Assembly: GCA_965235115.1 (NCBI GenBank)
Contig: OZ249436.1
Span: forward strand, 30,258,001 to 30,322,000
Source of the DNA: Laetmonice hystrix
Taxonomy: Eukaryota
Direction: 5' to 3'
Length of the DNA: 64,000 nt
The position numbers were made by a program, and so were the translations under genes. Below the pieces are notes generated by a model, which made no database searches, was not told the DNA's origin, and saw nothing but the letters and a program-made list of their open reading frames with translations. This document shows, piece by piece, positions 13,725 through 27,699 of the stretch; the first letter of the stretch is position 1; each line of letters opens with the position of its first letter.

Positions 13725-13890
13725 GCCCCAGTTTCAAGAAAGTGGTTAAGTTAACTAAGTTGGTTAAGATTAATCTTAACCAGAAGTTAACCAATCAGGA
13801 AACAGAGATCTAACCAATTTTGGTGAAAGTCAGGGTTAACCACGATTTTAACCAACTTAGTTAACTTAACCACTTTCTTGAAACCGGGGC
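13725..13890. mobile_element. Palindromic MITE with CTG target duplication (PIF/Harbinger-like)
   Basis: ~43-bp TIR gccccagtttcaagaaagtggttaagttaactaagttggttaa, one mismatch; CTG on both sides. Confidence 0.85.
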
Positions 13891-15426
13891 CTGGTGTCTT
13901 TGTTGGAGTCCGCTTATGACACTCGGTGAAACACCAAGTTTATTGGCGACATCAGTCTGCTTCCGGTTTGCAACATTGCAATGGTTAGATAACGTTCTTC
14001 ATCTGTGAGGTGTTTACGTTACGCCATAATGTCATAATTACTGTGAATTGGTGACATGTTCTAAGTTTTAGTGCAGTCCCCTTTGTCCAGGCACAGCCTA
14101 TTGCGCAACCAATACCAGGTCAATGGATCAGGTCGGGGGATCGGAAAATTTGAACCCCATAATTTTCCGATAATTTTAACCCATATCCACCCGATAAAGC
14201 AAAAAAAAAATCAAAAGAAAAAACCTACGGGAGCTATTTGCATACTTCATACCTCCCTATCTAATGCACGCAGTAGTTTCGGTATGGTCGTATTTACAAG
14301 CTTCACCTCGCATGCAGATGTAGCGCTCGGTCCGAAAGATAAAGGACGGCCAGTTGTAACTCCATTTTTCTATACTTTCACTGATCATTCAAACTGGAAT
14401 TTTAACATGGTGTTGCTGAGAATAAAAGGTATTGACTTCATCTGGAGCGTTACTGGAAATTTACCAGAAAATATTTGTATTTTCAAGGGTGTAATCTTAA
14501 AATTAATATTTATCTTACGTCATCCTGCATGACCAAATAACCCCTCTAGCTATAGTTCATGAATTTAAAGCCAAAAGTTACATTAATCATCAATAATAGA
14601 CATATGAGCCCTCTAATTTTGTTAAGGCTTGTATTGTGTTGCTTGGACCATTATAGGCACACGAGAGCCAATAAATTCAAGTCGTAGCAGATACATTTAT
14701 AGATGATTGTGTAGGTAGTGACCTCCGTTTTAGAAGGGCTGTGACGTGCGCCCTTTGATTTCTTTCAGTCGTGACAAACCTATTGGTCTGCACATGAAGG
14801 TCATGATATTACGTGGACCTTTTGGCTATCATTCCTGCAGCTACGTAGTTAGAAACCGCAAGATAGCTGCGGCACACGAATCAAACTTTTATATTCGCAT
14901 GACTCGAAATACAGAAATTATGACACGCGACTATCCACGCTTTCTGTGACGATTCCATGCACTGCATGACATACCACAAACAGGGGAGGGTGATTTAAGG
15001 CATGCAGACACTCAGAATAAGGAAGTGCGCAGATATTAATCACACCTTATGAGAATACTTGCAGGGGTTCGACTGAGAGGGGGTACGGATATAGAGGGTG
15101 TATTCCCCTCTAATATACACAGGTGTCCAGGATTTTCAGCGGGGGAAGGGGGTCTCAGGAAATTTGTAAAAATTAGAAGCTCCGGGACGCGATTTTCCGC
15201 CATTTAGGGGCCATATTAGGGCATTATATTTTGTGGATTCATCGCTCAACGGGTTCGAAACGGCGCGTATGATTTGCACTTAATCGTTCGACGTTTTCCG
15301 TTAACTCCATAAGGTGTAAAAAATTCTATGCTCTGGGGGAGCAGGGGGATCTCCCCCTCTGGACACGGGCCGGATAACATGATTTACGCATCATCAGGAT
15401 AGAGGGGATGGTTTTGATCCATACTG

Positions 15427-15589
15427 GGATCTGTCTTACACTAAGGTCTGGTTAGTAACGATATTGGTAAATTTTACTAACCGTGAATGGTAGGCCTCTG
15501 GTTAATGGAATCGTTATTAACCAGATACTCTATTCTTATTGAAGTTAACGATATCATTAATAATCCGCCCTTAGTATAAGACAGGCCCC
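15427..15589. mobile_element. Palindromic MITE with CTG flanks (PIF/Harbinger-like)
   Basis: ctgtcttacactaagg ... ccttagtataagacag inverted ends; CTG both sides. Confidence 0.65.
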
Positions 15590-17746
15590 CTGATAGACTC
15601 TAACTGTGGGGTACACCCGAACATACAGACGGCCTATTATACCATCCTGCCTTCAGATGATCGCCAGAAGTATAGGTAAGATGACACACAATATTGTTAT
15701 TTGTCTTTTAACATTCATGAAAAAATGTCAAATGATTTACATTGTAATAATCATGATAATTAAAAAGCCAGGAAATCCAGGCTTCTGGGTACCCATGCAC
15801 ACACGTCAAAGTCACCACATCACGTGCAAAAATAGGTACATCTTTACTACGCTTTCTTAAGGACATATGCGTGAATGTCATCGGGCAGATATTTTAAGTG
15901 TTTTGGCATTGTATACTGATACTCGCCAAGATGAAAGACTAAAAGAAAGATCAATTGCACAGAGATATAAAGGAGAATCCAGCTGTAATTCAATATTGTG
16001 CCAAATATATTTACATTATCAACATGTGCCAAATTCACACTATAAACATTTTATGAGGAGATCTTAAAGCTCAGTCGGCCGTATCTTCACAATATAATTA
16101 TAATGTCGAACGACACGTAGTATAAACTGCGTAGTATGAATATCCACGTGATTGTTAAAAAACAATTCATTAATCATTTCGTAAATTACTTAAACTTCTT
16201 TGACACATAATGGCCTATAGAAATTTAAACTAACAGAACCCACTAATCTAATAGATCTCCCACCAATACGTCAAAACCAGGCCCGCCAGTAATTAAAGTA
16301 AGTGGCAAGGTCCTGTTAAATCGTTTACATTGCTTTTGACGGACCCATTATTACTATGGTACTCTTTTGGCGGAATGCAAGAACATTTTGTGAAGTTTAT
16401 CCCAAGAATGACGTAACTTACGATCTAGCCTAGATTTAAGGTTGGGTACTGTTGGTAGTCATGTTTTACTGAATTAAATTGTGCTGGGCCAGCGAAATCA
16501 GGACCACTCTCCAAAACAGAGACAAGGTTAGAAAAATCTGAATTTTTGGCAACTGGAAATAGGCGTAACTCAACGGATTGGATTAATCTCGAGACTAAAT
16601 TTTCAATCGCCCGAATCAGAGACCACACCACACATCCGGCAGATTGCCGTTAAATGTCAGTAGAATTTCCACACTTTTACGATCCGAGTTTATTTCCCGA
16701 AAACAAAGTAAACCGGAAATGGCTCGATCGTTCCGATTGTTTCAGTTCATGCAATAGGAGCGAAAATAAAATATTATAGCACTGGGGTCGAGCAACAGGT
16801 ACTGTGCATTTTTTTTGGGGGGGGGGGGGGCATAGTATCATAATATACTAATAGTAAAGAGGAGCTTCCAAAAAGTGGCTCTCCTTCTGAAACTCTCCTG
16901 GGTGTCGGATTGGTAGTTTCATTTATGTGGATACCGATAATTATTTAAACATTATACACATCTCGGCTTAGTTTTATGTATCTAATATTTCCCGGGATTT
17001 ACCCTTTAAGGGGAACCTACCATGCCTGGTGTCCGACAGATTTAAAACTTTAGATTTATGTTTTAAAAGAAAGAGGTCAAGGCTCATGTTTCGAGATAAG
17101 AAACAGCGGATCTTTGAATGGCCAGACGGATGTGGCAGGTTAGTTTTTTGCTTTTCTTGTAAACACGACGAACCTGTCATACGTCTCTTCATCTTTCCAT
17201 GTTTGTGCCGTGGTCAGATTATTGCACCTAGAGATTTATGTGCTGCACGGGCTCGTATTTACTTGTCTGGTATTTAGTTCATCTAGACAAATACAGTTAT
17301 AATAGGAAAGAAAGAACTGTCGAGCGTGGGACGGCCACACAAAACTAACCAACTAGTAACCAACAATCTGGTATAGGCCTATCTAATTCTAAAGGCAGGA
17401 ATTCGTGAGACAGGAGGGATTTTGTCTGAGCCCTATCGGGTATAAATCTTCTAGGCTTAGCAGTGGCGGAACTACACTCTCATTATACAAGGCAGTGCTG
17501 TACCTAGCGAGGGGGGGGGGCGGTTGCCCCCAGTAATCAATGATGAAAGCCTAGGTCTGCCCTCAGCCCCAGAAATTTGATATTGCTCAGACGAGAGGGT
17601 GCATGTGGGGATATCCACTTAACAAAACCGCCCCGTCCCGTGGCACCGCGGATAGAATATAGCTAAAAGTTAATAAACGCTTCTTGTTAAATCTTGTTTA
17701 CTGTTTGACTCAAATTAGAAATAATTCAAGCGAGTAACGAGACTCG

Positions 17747-17862
17747 ACTCTTTCACCGCGGGAAAGTATGGAACTCGATGCCTGGCGCATGAATACGGCA
17801 CGCCACATTCGATATCGTGCCGTATTTATGCGCCAGGCATATTTTCCCGCAGTGAAGGACTC
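17747..17862. repeat. ~115-bp imperfect hairpin (MITE remnant)
   Basis: ttcaccgcgggaaa...atgcctggcgcatgaatacggcacg / cgtgccgtatttatgcgccaggcat...tttcccgcagtgaa. Confidence 0.7.
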
Positions 17863-18074
17863 TCATCCCGTTACGTCACCTCACGCGGCACCTCACCGGG
17901 CACGTCACACGGCACCGCACCCGGCACGTCACATGACACCTCACGCGGCACCTCACCAGACAATTTACAAAATGTAATATTACATTTTGCGTTAGGCCTA
18001 CATTATAGCCGCAAAATGTAATATCGACGCAAAATGTAATATCATTTTGAACGATGACCTTTAAATGAAAGGGG

Positions 18075-19540
18075 TGTGACTTGAGTGATGTCGGGGAGTG
18101 ATGTGAGCAATGTTGTGGGGGAGTGGGAGATAGAGTGATGTGGGGAGTGATGTGGGGGATGTGGGGGAGTGACGTAAGTGATGTGGCGAGTGAGTGATGT
18201 GGGGAGTGAGTGATGTGGGGAGTGACGTGAGTGATGTGGCGAGTGAGTGATGTGGGGAGTGAGTGATGTGGCGAGTGAGTGATGTGGGGAGTGAGTGATG
18301 TGGGGGAGTGACGTGAGTGATGTGGCGAGTGAGTGATGTGGGGAGTGAGTGATGTGGGGGAGTGACGTGAGTGATGTGGGGAGTGAGTGAGTGATGTGGG
18401 GGAGTGACGTGAGTGATGTGGGGAGTGAGTGAGTGATGTGGGGGAGTGACGTGAGTGATGTGGGGAGTGAGTGAGTGATGTGGGGGAGTGACGTGAGTGA
18501 TGTGGGGAGTGAGTGAGTGATGTGGGGGAGTGACGTGAGTGATGTGGGGAGTGAGTGATGTGGGGGAGTGACGTGAGTGATGTGGGGAGTGAGTGATGTG
18601 GGGAGTGAGTGATGTGGGGGAGTGACGTGAGTGATGTGGGGAGTGAGTGAGTGATGTGGGGGAGTGACGTGAGTGATGTGGGGAGTGACGTGAGTGATGT
18701 GGGGAGTGACGTGAGTGATGTGGGGAGTGAGTGAGTGATGTGGGGGAGTGACGTGAGTGATGTGGGGAGTGAGTGAGTGATGTGGGGGAGTGACGTGAGT
18801 GATGTGGGGAGTGAGTGATGTGGGGGAGTGACGTGAGTGATGTGGGGAGTGAGTGATGTGGGGAGTGAGTGATGTGGGGGAGTGACGTGAGTGATGTGGG
18901 GAGTGAGTGAGTGATGTGGGGGAGTGACGTGAGTGATGTGGGGAGTGATGTGGGGAGTGACGTGAGTGATGTGGGGAGTGAGTGAGTGATGTGGGGGAGT
19001 GACGTGAGTGATGTGGGGAGTGAGTGATGTGGGGGAGTGACGTGAGTGATGTGGCGGGTGAGTGATGTGGGGAGTGAAGTAGGCGATGTGGGGAGTGAGT
19101 GATGTGGGGGAGTGACGTGAGTGATGTGGGGAGTGACGTGAGTGATGTGGGAGTGACGTGGGTGATGTGGGGAGTGAGTGATGTGGGGAGTGACGTGAGT
19201 GATGTGGGGAGTGACGTTAGTGATGTGGGGAGTGAGTGATGTGGGGAGTGACGTTAGTGATGTGGGGAGTGAGTGATGTGGGGAGTGACGTTAGTGATGT
19301 GGGGAGTGAGTGATGTGGGGGAGTGACGTGAGTGATGTGGGGAGTGAGTGAGTGATGTGGGGAGTGAGTGATGTGGGGGAGTGATGTGAGTGATGTGGGG
19401 AGTGACGTGAGTGATGTAGGGAGTGAGTGAGTGATGTGGGGAGTGAGTGATGTGGGGGAGTGATGTGAGTGATGTGGGGAGTGACGTGAGTGATGTGGGG
19501 GAGTGATGTGGGGGAGTGATGTGAGTGATGTGGGGGCGTG
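18075..19540 (+). repeat. G/T-rich compound minisatellite built from gagtgatgtgggg / gagtgacgt / gagt units
   Basis: ~1.45 kb of short reiterated units, very C-poor on the + strand. Confidence 0.97.
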
Positions 19541-20596
19541 ATTTTAAAAATTTCTATTTGAAATAACGGAATGACGTGGCTGACCTCGATTTCATTGATA
19601 TCACATTTTGTACGCATATTACATATTGCGGCTTTATAGTGTAATTTTGCGTCAATATTACATTTTGCGGTCCCACACCACCTAAGCATTTTTTTCTTTC
19701 CTTTCCAGACTGGTCACCACAGAAATCATGTTGTCATTTTGGTGCAGCAAAGTCACACCGCCGTAAAAAGAGACAAAGAAAATTATTTGTAAATGATAAC
19801 CGTAATTACAACTTTAGCAAAAAGAAAATGGGAATAAAAAAAATATTTTTAAAAAAATAAGAAAAAGAAAATGCAATAAAAAAAGAGATAGACACACAGT
19901 CAGTCAGTGCTAGTTGAGGGCTGACTTTAATTGCCTGGACACCCTGTAGGCCCGCACGCTACCGAAAGCCTAAGCAGTTGCGATGGGCCTTTATTTTTAT
20001 TTCGCTCAATTCGTCAAACCTGTTGTGTTGCAAGTTACCACGGAGTGAGTGAGGAGGTGACAGCGTGGACTGAGCATTGTTCAGAGAAAGCCAGAGGGCC
20101 CCCGTACGGACAGACGTCGTCCTCTTGTAGTACAGCGCCATCTGGTAGGTATCCCCTGAAACTATGCCTTCGAATACTGCCCACTAGCGGCTACCCTTGG
20201 AATTAAATCCCTTCCCTTCGATTCTCATAGGTTTGATAGGATGTCCAGTGGCGTACCCGGGGGAGGGGGGGGGGTGTGCTTGGGGTGCTTAAGCACCCCC
20301 CTCAATTTGCCCAATTTATTTGCACTTGTTGCCCCAACCCCCTCCCAATTTGCAGCGCCTACGATGTTGGTTATTTCCAGCAACCCCCTGGGTCCAGTTT
20401 CTGGGTAGGCCTAGATCTACGCCACTGTTCAAGAGTGTGTGCCAACTTGACATTTTTCCTATGAATGTCATTGCTACCTTCTACAGTATGCACAAATATG
20501 CTTGTACTGGCCAGGGAATGATTTAAAACGTTAAATACATCTGTTTTGCATAATATTAGGTCATTATTGCAATGTTTGTATGCATATCTGGTATTG

Positions 20597-22206
20597 TTAT
20601 TATCCCATCCCCCTACACTACAGGGGGATGGGATCTTGAAATTGTATGGTCTTTGCGTTGTAGTAGTAGTAAACAGTACGTCTATCTCAGTGAGTTTTCA
20701 AGATACCTCAACCAAACTTGGTAGGCATCTTGACTATGACGAAGTCTGGTCAGACAATGAGTCATGACGTCACGTGACGTAACGTCATGACGTCAAATTT
20801 TTGGGACATTGGGGGCCATTTTTAAAGTTTGTATTGGGAATTTACAATATCTATCAAGGCAAGGTGACTGGGCAAGGGTCTTGCCAAAGACTGACCCTTC
20901 GTTTGACCTTTGACCTTTGACCTTATGGAGAACTGGGTCCTAGGTCGTAAATCGGTTAAATCCCTACTTCTTCTTCATTTTTTGATAAAACTTGACAATA
21001 TTTGGCGGAAGGACTCTCTGACAAGAGCTTTTCAATAATCATCCAAGGATAAGCGATTTGACCTATTTTCGCGGAGTTACGTGACATTGAAATTTTTAAC
21101 AGTGCCCTGTTTAGGTATCAATGGCTATAACTCGAAGATGCTTCTGTTAAAGGGCCATGTCTATTATTGTACACAAATAGGAAGTGATATGATCTTTCGT
21201 TTGGCACCATTATTTCTAAGGATTTGACCTATTTTCGCTGAACCACTTGACCTGCAAGTTTCAAAGTTAGGTCATTTGGAAGATTCCTGGCTTGAACTCT
21301 TGAAAGATTTGAGACAGAGCCATAATTGTTCATGAATACACACCTTGACCATGACAAAGACAGGTCATACAGTCTGTCATGACGTCACGTCATGACGTCA
21401 TAACGTCAAACGTGATTTGTACATTGAGGCCATTTTTTAAGCTCATATTGAGAATTTCTAAAACCCATCATGGTGCTATAATCAGGCATGGGTCATGCTT
21501 AAAATTGAACCTTCATTTGACCTTAGACCTTTGGGAGAACTGGGCCTCACCTTACAAATTGGTTAAATCGCTTCTTCTTCTTCTTCTTCTTCTTCTTCTT
21601 CTTCTTCTTCTTCTTCTTCTTCTTCATCCATAGAATCATCCAGGGATAAGCGATTTGAACTATATTCGCTGAATCACGTGACCTTGAAGTTTTTAAACAG
21701 TGGTCAGTTTAGCTATCTATGGCTACAACTTCTAAACAGTGCCAGATAGGGCCATAGTTACTATTGAAGACGAATAGGAAGTCCTATATGCTCTTTCATT
21801 TGGCACCATTATTTATCAGGTCACGTGACCTGTGACGTCATAACGATGTCAACCATACTTTCTCAGGGATATAACTTGTAAATGGTTGAAGTTAGAGCCA
21901 TAGTTATACTATTAAACACTAATAGGAAGTCATATATATGCTCTTTCATTTGGCACCATTATTTTTCAGGTCATGTGACCTATGACGTCATAACGATGCC
22001 ATCCATATTTTCTCAGGGATATAACTTGTAATTGGTTGAAGTTCGAGCCATGATTACTATTAGACACTAATAGGTAGTTACATGTGCTCTTTCATTTGTC
22101 ATAATGACATAATGTGCATCTTCTAAGGCTTATAAGTCGTCATGGGTGCATGATAGCACCATTGTTATCGCTTCTCTGAATGTGGTATCACCACAACGTA
22201 TCTAGT
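20597..22206 (+). mobile_element. Non-autonomous Helitron/Helentron-like element with internal tandem duplications and (CTT)18
   Basis: 5' 13-bp perfect stem atcccatccccct/agggggatgggat (20602-20634); 3' hairpin tgtggt-atc-accaca then CTAGT (22202-22206); ~620-bp and ~150-bp internal repeats; no TSD seen. Confidence 0.6.
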
Positions 22207-23549
22207 GTTTCTTGTTCCCATGCCTTTATTGTCCAGGAGGCAGGCCATACGTTTCGTCTATCATTTACTCCCATCTAATCTGTGTCCCCTACAGACCATC
22301 TGTAAGCGTCCGACAGTGTTGTCATGTAGTCCCAATGGCTGTTTGTCGTAAAAGTTGAATTAACAATGGCAAATGACGTTGTACGCCTTTCCTATATCTG
22401 AAAGTCTGAAAGTTGCTCGAATCAGAAACGTTTCCTAATAATCCCAGAGAGTCAGCGAAGTCTCGTCCGCGTAGTACAAGATCTAAGAGCGCGCCCAAGT
22501 GCGGGCTTCCTAATGCCAAGAAACTACGTTCCGCGGAACGGGAGAACTCCACATCTGCTCGTATCCCAAGCCAAACCACATACAACCCAACTGTAAGGTT
22601 GCGCGTCTATATATATATCTCTGGTAGTTTTCGGGGGATTTTCTGTGCACGTGACTAAACCTGCACTTCCTGAACCTATGGATCGTTTGCGCTGGTAAGG
22701 TGGATGAGTTATTGCTTTGCTGCTGTACCTGTTGAACCTAAACCTGCTGTCGGTGTGGATACGCTAACATAGAAAATTGTCTGATTAGCTGAATCTGATG
22801 TCTAAAACCGTATTCGTGAATATTTACTAGTAGTGTGCTCCAACACACCAGAATTCCTTGTGACCAAACCCGCAGAGACGCTGTAAGTATCTGAAGAAAT
22901 CAATAAACATGTAAGAGAAGTACGTATGGCGTTTGTCCTTTTTGTGTGTATGATTTTCAAAGTGTCCACTTCCTGTCGGCTAATCTCATCAGGCAGCGCC
23001 CTAGTGTCTGAAGCCAAGCTGTCGATTGGGCGGGATCGGGGAACGCGGTAAGTGTTAGGAATGATCTGCATAACATGTTTAAAAAGGCGCAAAAAAGTAT
23101 TAATGAAATATAAAGGCTTCTGTTGGTTTTATTTAAAAATTAAACATTTACCGTAAGTTGTGCACATGTTAATCTAGTATACATACATCTATATGGCACA
23201 GACAAGAGTGTTAAAATAAAAAAATAAAATGTTGGATATGACCAGGTTAATAACGCCAATCAGTGATAGGATATACAGTGGTCCAAAACACATGATTTTT
23301 CCTCAGAAAGACAGCGTCGTGATGACCGGATCGGATCCGCCATGTGTTGGGGGCTGTCAGACCACATCGAAATTTTAAACTAAAGGAAACATAAGGCTTT
23401 CTTCAGCGGACTCCAGTGCAATAGTTTCCACCTATCTCAAAAGATGGCGCTGACAAAAATACAGCGCCATCTTTTGACATACATGGAAACTATTGCATGG
23501 GAGCCCGCATTCGGAAAACCTCGGCCCAACTTCCGGTCGCTTCGCTAGT

Positions 23550-24744
23550 GCCCGCTGAAGAAAGCCGGATGTGACATCATCAATGACGTCAGGTGAGATA
23601 CTACCTTTAAATTCAAGGTACGTTTTAATTAAAGCAAATCTCAGTCGACTGAAATAAGTTCAACTGGCTATATCTTAAAAGATATTGATCATTTTTCCAC
23701 GAAAACCAAATGTGATACCCATTGATACAAAAGGAAAAGATATGACCACAAAGTGTCGAGCAGGATTCAGTTTAAAAAATTGATTTTCAAAAATGACATG
23801 AATTTTCGACTTCTCAGTTCCTTTCGAGCACAAGGCCTTTCGTTCCACTGTTTCACGATAGGTGGCGCTGCATTTTGCCTGTAATGGGCCGCGAATCTTA
23901 CAACCCTTCCCAGAAACTGGAGGTGGCGCTGTATTCGCCTCAGCTGTCTGTGGTAGACCTATAATGGCTGCCAATGCTCACCTTACCGCGCCTCTGAATA
24001 CATGTATAAGAAACTATGATTTCCGTCTTCTTTTCCTTAAATTCAAGCTTGCCACTGCTGCACTTTTCTTCATTTTGGGTACATGAAATATAACAAACTA
24101 CATATTGAGACACAATAGAATAAAAGGAAATAATGGGTGAAATTCTAGGGTCATCTGTTACACATAGAGAGCTAAAATATCAAAACAAGTAGGAGATACG
24201 GCCGCAACAGTCCACCGACGGACTTACAAAATAACATTAAATTACAATATGTAACTTAAGTGTAACGATATGGCGTAGAGTCACTGTCCCGGCGAGTAAC
24301 CAGCTTTGGTGATAGTACATTTGGCAGAATTTAATTAACGACAGACGACGAAGGCTAATACAGCGCCACCTCCAGTTTCTGGGAGGGTGTGTAAGGTTCA
24401 CGGCCCATTATCGGCAAAATGCAGCGCCACCTATCGTGAAACAGTGGAACGAAAGGCCTTGTGCTCGAAAGGAGCTGAGAAGTCGAAAATTCAGGTCATT
24501 TTTGAAAATCAATTTTTTAAACTGAATCCTGCTCGACGCTTTGTGGTCATATCTTTTCCTTTGGTATCAATAGGTATCCCATTTGGTTTTCGGGGGAAAA
24601 TGATCAATATCTTTTAAGATATAGCCAGTTGAATTTATTTCAGTCGACTGAGATTTGCTTTAATTAAAACGTACCTTGAATTTAAAGGTAGTATCTCACC
24701 TGACGTCATTGATGATGTCACATATCCGGCTTTCTTCAGCGGGC
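23550..24744. repeat. Long inverted repeat: ~400-bp arms around a ~390-bp unique spacer
   Basis: 23550-~23950 is the reverse complement of ~24342-24744 with scattered mismatches; mirrored ORFs 23675..23974(-) and 24387..24617(+). Confidence 0.92.
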
Positions 24745-25022
24745 TCCAATGCATTAGTTTCCACCTTTTTCACAAGATGGCGCTGGATTTGTCATAGGTG
24801 AAGGGAAATCTCCCAGCCATTTCAAGTCATCTCAAAATTATAAGAGGTGGCACTTCCATCATTTCTCGGCAGATGGCTCTGCATGCAGCGTGTATTTCAG
24901 GGACTTGGGAAGATATCAAAGCGGCTTAGAATCAGAATCGCAGTGCGCATTGAAATTTTGACTGGCAGGGATGATATTTTGGCTGGCTCAGGTCAGCATG
25001 TAGGATCCGGAACATTTCCTTA

Positions 25023-25390
25023 GTGATTCAATCAATGATGACTGCGGCCACCGATACACAGATTCGATCTGCAACCTCACGTTGTAGTCTTGATACCTCA
25101 ATGTTTCACCGATTTCATCACCATCGCTTTTGGTATGATTAGGGTCTCAATTAACCTGGGGGAATTTGTTGAGTGACAGAATCATTAATCCTATACTCAA
25201 ACGACATCTAGTTAGTGGCCCAATCAATGATGACCGCGACCATCCTGACGTCCTTAAAAACTGGAGCATTTCCGAACCAATCTTTTGGTGATTCAATCAG
25301 TGACGACTACGTCATCGCTACACAGATTCGATCTGCAACCTCACGTTGTAGTCTTGATACATTGCGATATTTCACCGATTTCATCACCAC
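25023..25390 (+). repeat. ~100-bp direct repeat (two copies plus a partial third)
   Basis: gtgattcaatca...tacacagattcgatctgcaacctcacgttgtagtcttgatac...ttcaccgatttcatcacca at ~25023 and ~25288. Confidence 0.85.
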
Positions 25391-26219
25391 GACGCCCCCG
25401 TACACATTCGCTGGGGTTTCCGAGCTGGGTAAGGTTAAGGGGAGGCTTACTCGGGGTCAGCGTTTCTGCCCGTTTTTTTTTGGGGGGGGGGGGAATTGGG
25501 TTGATTTGGGAGGGCATTTGTTTCTTTGTGGGCCATGTTGTCTCCATCTAATAGGGCTAATCCGTATTCTATCAGAATCCTGAGTTTTAACGACTTATGT
25601 AATTCATTATTCAACGTCATAAGGGATCTACGGGGTTTATTTTTGTATAGAGTCCTCTTATAGGGAATCGACGGGTTACAATACAAATAAAATGTACAAT
25701 ACCCTCCTCCTCTCCGAGTTTTTACTTCATAAAGTTCCATCGTAATAACGGCGAAGTCGGGCCAGCAAGTGTCCCCTCAATAATCGACTGGTCGAATACG
25801 ACAAATAATATTGTTTAACGGCCGAGCTGGTCGGCTACCCTCGCTGTGTAGGAATATATCACACCCAATATATATGACAACCATCCGTTTCAAATCGGAG
25901 GGTGCGTGGCGGAATCCAGTTGAACTTTGTTTTATTGATGGCGACTACTATTTCGGCTTGCAGTAGGTGACACGTACTGTAAGACTATCTATTTGACATT
26001 GCAAGTGTTCGCACAAATATTTGAGAACGTGAAGGCAGTAAGAAAAGAAATTGCGGAAAATTAGCTACATTATATGCCGTTATTCTGCTTCAATGAATCA
26101 CTGACAATGCTTAAGTATTCTGACGTCGACCTTTTGAATGATTCAGGTTATAGTCTATATTTATGTATTAACTTTGCTCGATCTCTTTGGAGCCCAGGGC
26201 GTCTAGGTCTTCAACTGAA

Positions 26220-26452
26220 GGCAGCACGCAGGCAGGCAGATAGGCAGGCAAGCAAGCACCCAGGCAGGCAGGCAAATTTAAGCAGGAAGGCAGGTAGGCA
26301 GGCAAGCAAGCATGCAGGCAGGCAGGCAAGCAAGCAGGCAGCCAAGCAGGCAGGCAGCAAGCAGGCAGGCAGCAAGCATGCAGGTAAGCAGGCAGGCAGG
26401 CCAGCAGGCAGCCAGGCAGGCAAGCAAGCAGGCAGACAGGCAAGCAAGGCAA
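26220..26452 (+). repeat. Imperfect (GCAG/GCAA)n microsatellite
   Basis: Direct reading. Confidence 0.95.
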
Positions 26453-27699
26453 ACCATAAGGTACACAAGTAGATAGATCGAATTGCACGGAGATCCGAAG
26501 GTATCTTGGAAAGGCGGGGAGACAGGCGGCCACATAGGATCTGGTACTCGAGCAAAAGGGCAAGGACATGGCATTCCTATAATAGAAGAATTAAAACATG
26601 ACAATATCCAAGCTTGTTAATCCATTATTTTAATGCCTCAACAATGACAATTCCGTCATATTGAGAGCAGTCAGTTTTCATGGAGACTGCAGCAAGTAAT
26701 TGACAAACTCTGTCTCAATGAGGTGCAAGTAGATTCGAACCTCAGAGGTCGAGGATCGTCGGCAACATGGCCAGATACCTCGATCACTGGGCTACTACAT
26801 CCTAAAGTGGGGGATCCAGGATTTTGATAAAGGGGGGGCCCACCTAAAATTTCTTTTAGCCTCGCTACCCTCTTCATGATTTTATTGTAATCATGGCCAT
26901 TTTGGGCCCCTTTTGGTCTATTTCAATGCTGCATGGCCCAGAGTTATGTTGCTCCTGGATAACTGAGGAGGCCCTATTGGGCCCGATGTTACTATCACGT
27001 ACAATATTGGAGGCTTTTTTACAGAATTTTGTTGGAATACTGGTTTCAGGGTCCGAATAATGCATCTTCTTACAAAAAAGGGGAAAAGGAAAATTTAAGG
27101 GGGGGCGGGCCCCTTGGGCCCCCCTGGATCCCCCAGTGCCAAAGATCTGGCGTCTGAGGCAAAGCATGATCGCCCACCGGTGAGGCCTCTGAATGGTTCT
27201 TTGACCCAGGCGACCTCCTGTTGTGACCCTACAGTCCCGTACTTTGCCCGAGGGCTGAAAGAACACCGGAGAGTAGCCCTTGTCTGTTGCACAACAGCAC
27301 TGTGGCACACAGGACACTGTTATACAACACTTACAGACGTGACAGTCTACCTGACATTGGCGAAGGTTGTACATGGAGTGTAATGAATTAAGGGGATAAC
27401 TGCCAATGCTCATGATATACGATGTAGATTCAATCGGTCAAACATTGCACGCTCAAGCCTTGCAGTTGTCTGTACCTATATTATAAAATAAATCCTACCT
27501 CTATTTTCTCGGCCTTATCCAGGTCTTTGTCAATAGGAACTTGACCATGGTGCTGTGAAGTGTGTTTCTGTGTGTTGATATAGACACGTGTATCAGTGTG
27601 TCGACATGGACACCTGTATCAGTGTGTTGACATGCACAAATTTATCTATCTTTTTCTGTCTGCTGATCATTGTAGCCCGAACACGACTGTTTGACAAGA

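Noticed and set aside
19291..19689. His/Thr/Ser/Pro-rich ORF
   Set aside because: Reverse translation of the G-rich minisatellite
23675..24617. Pair of similar ORFs on opposite strands
   Set aside because: Consequence of the 400-bp inverted repeat; no protein-like features
26074..26604. Overlapping ORFs rich in QAG/LPAC
   Set aside because: Translations of a (GCAG)n microsatellite
26874..27413. 179-aa - strand ORF
   Set aside because: Runs through a MITE (26805-27138); no recognisable domain
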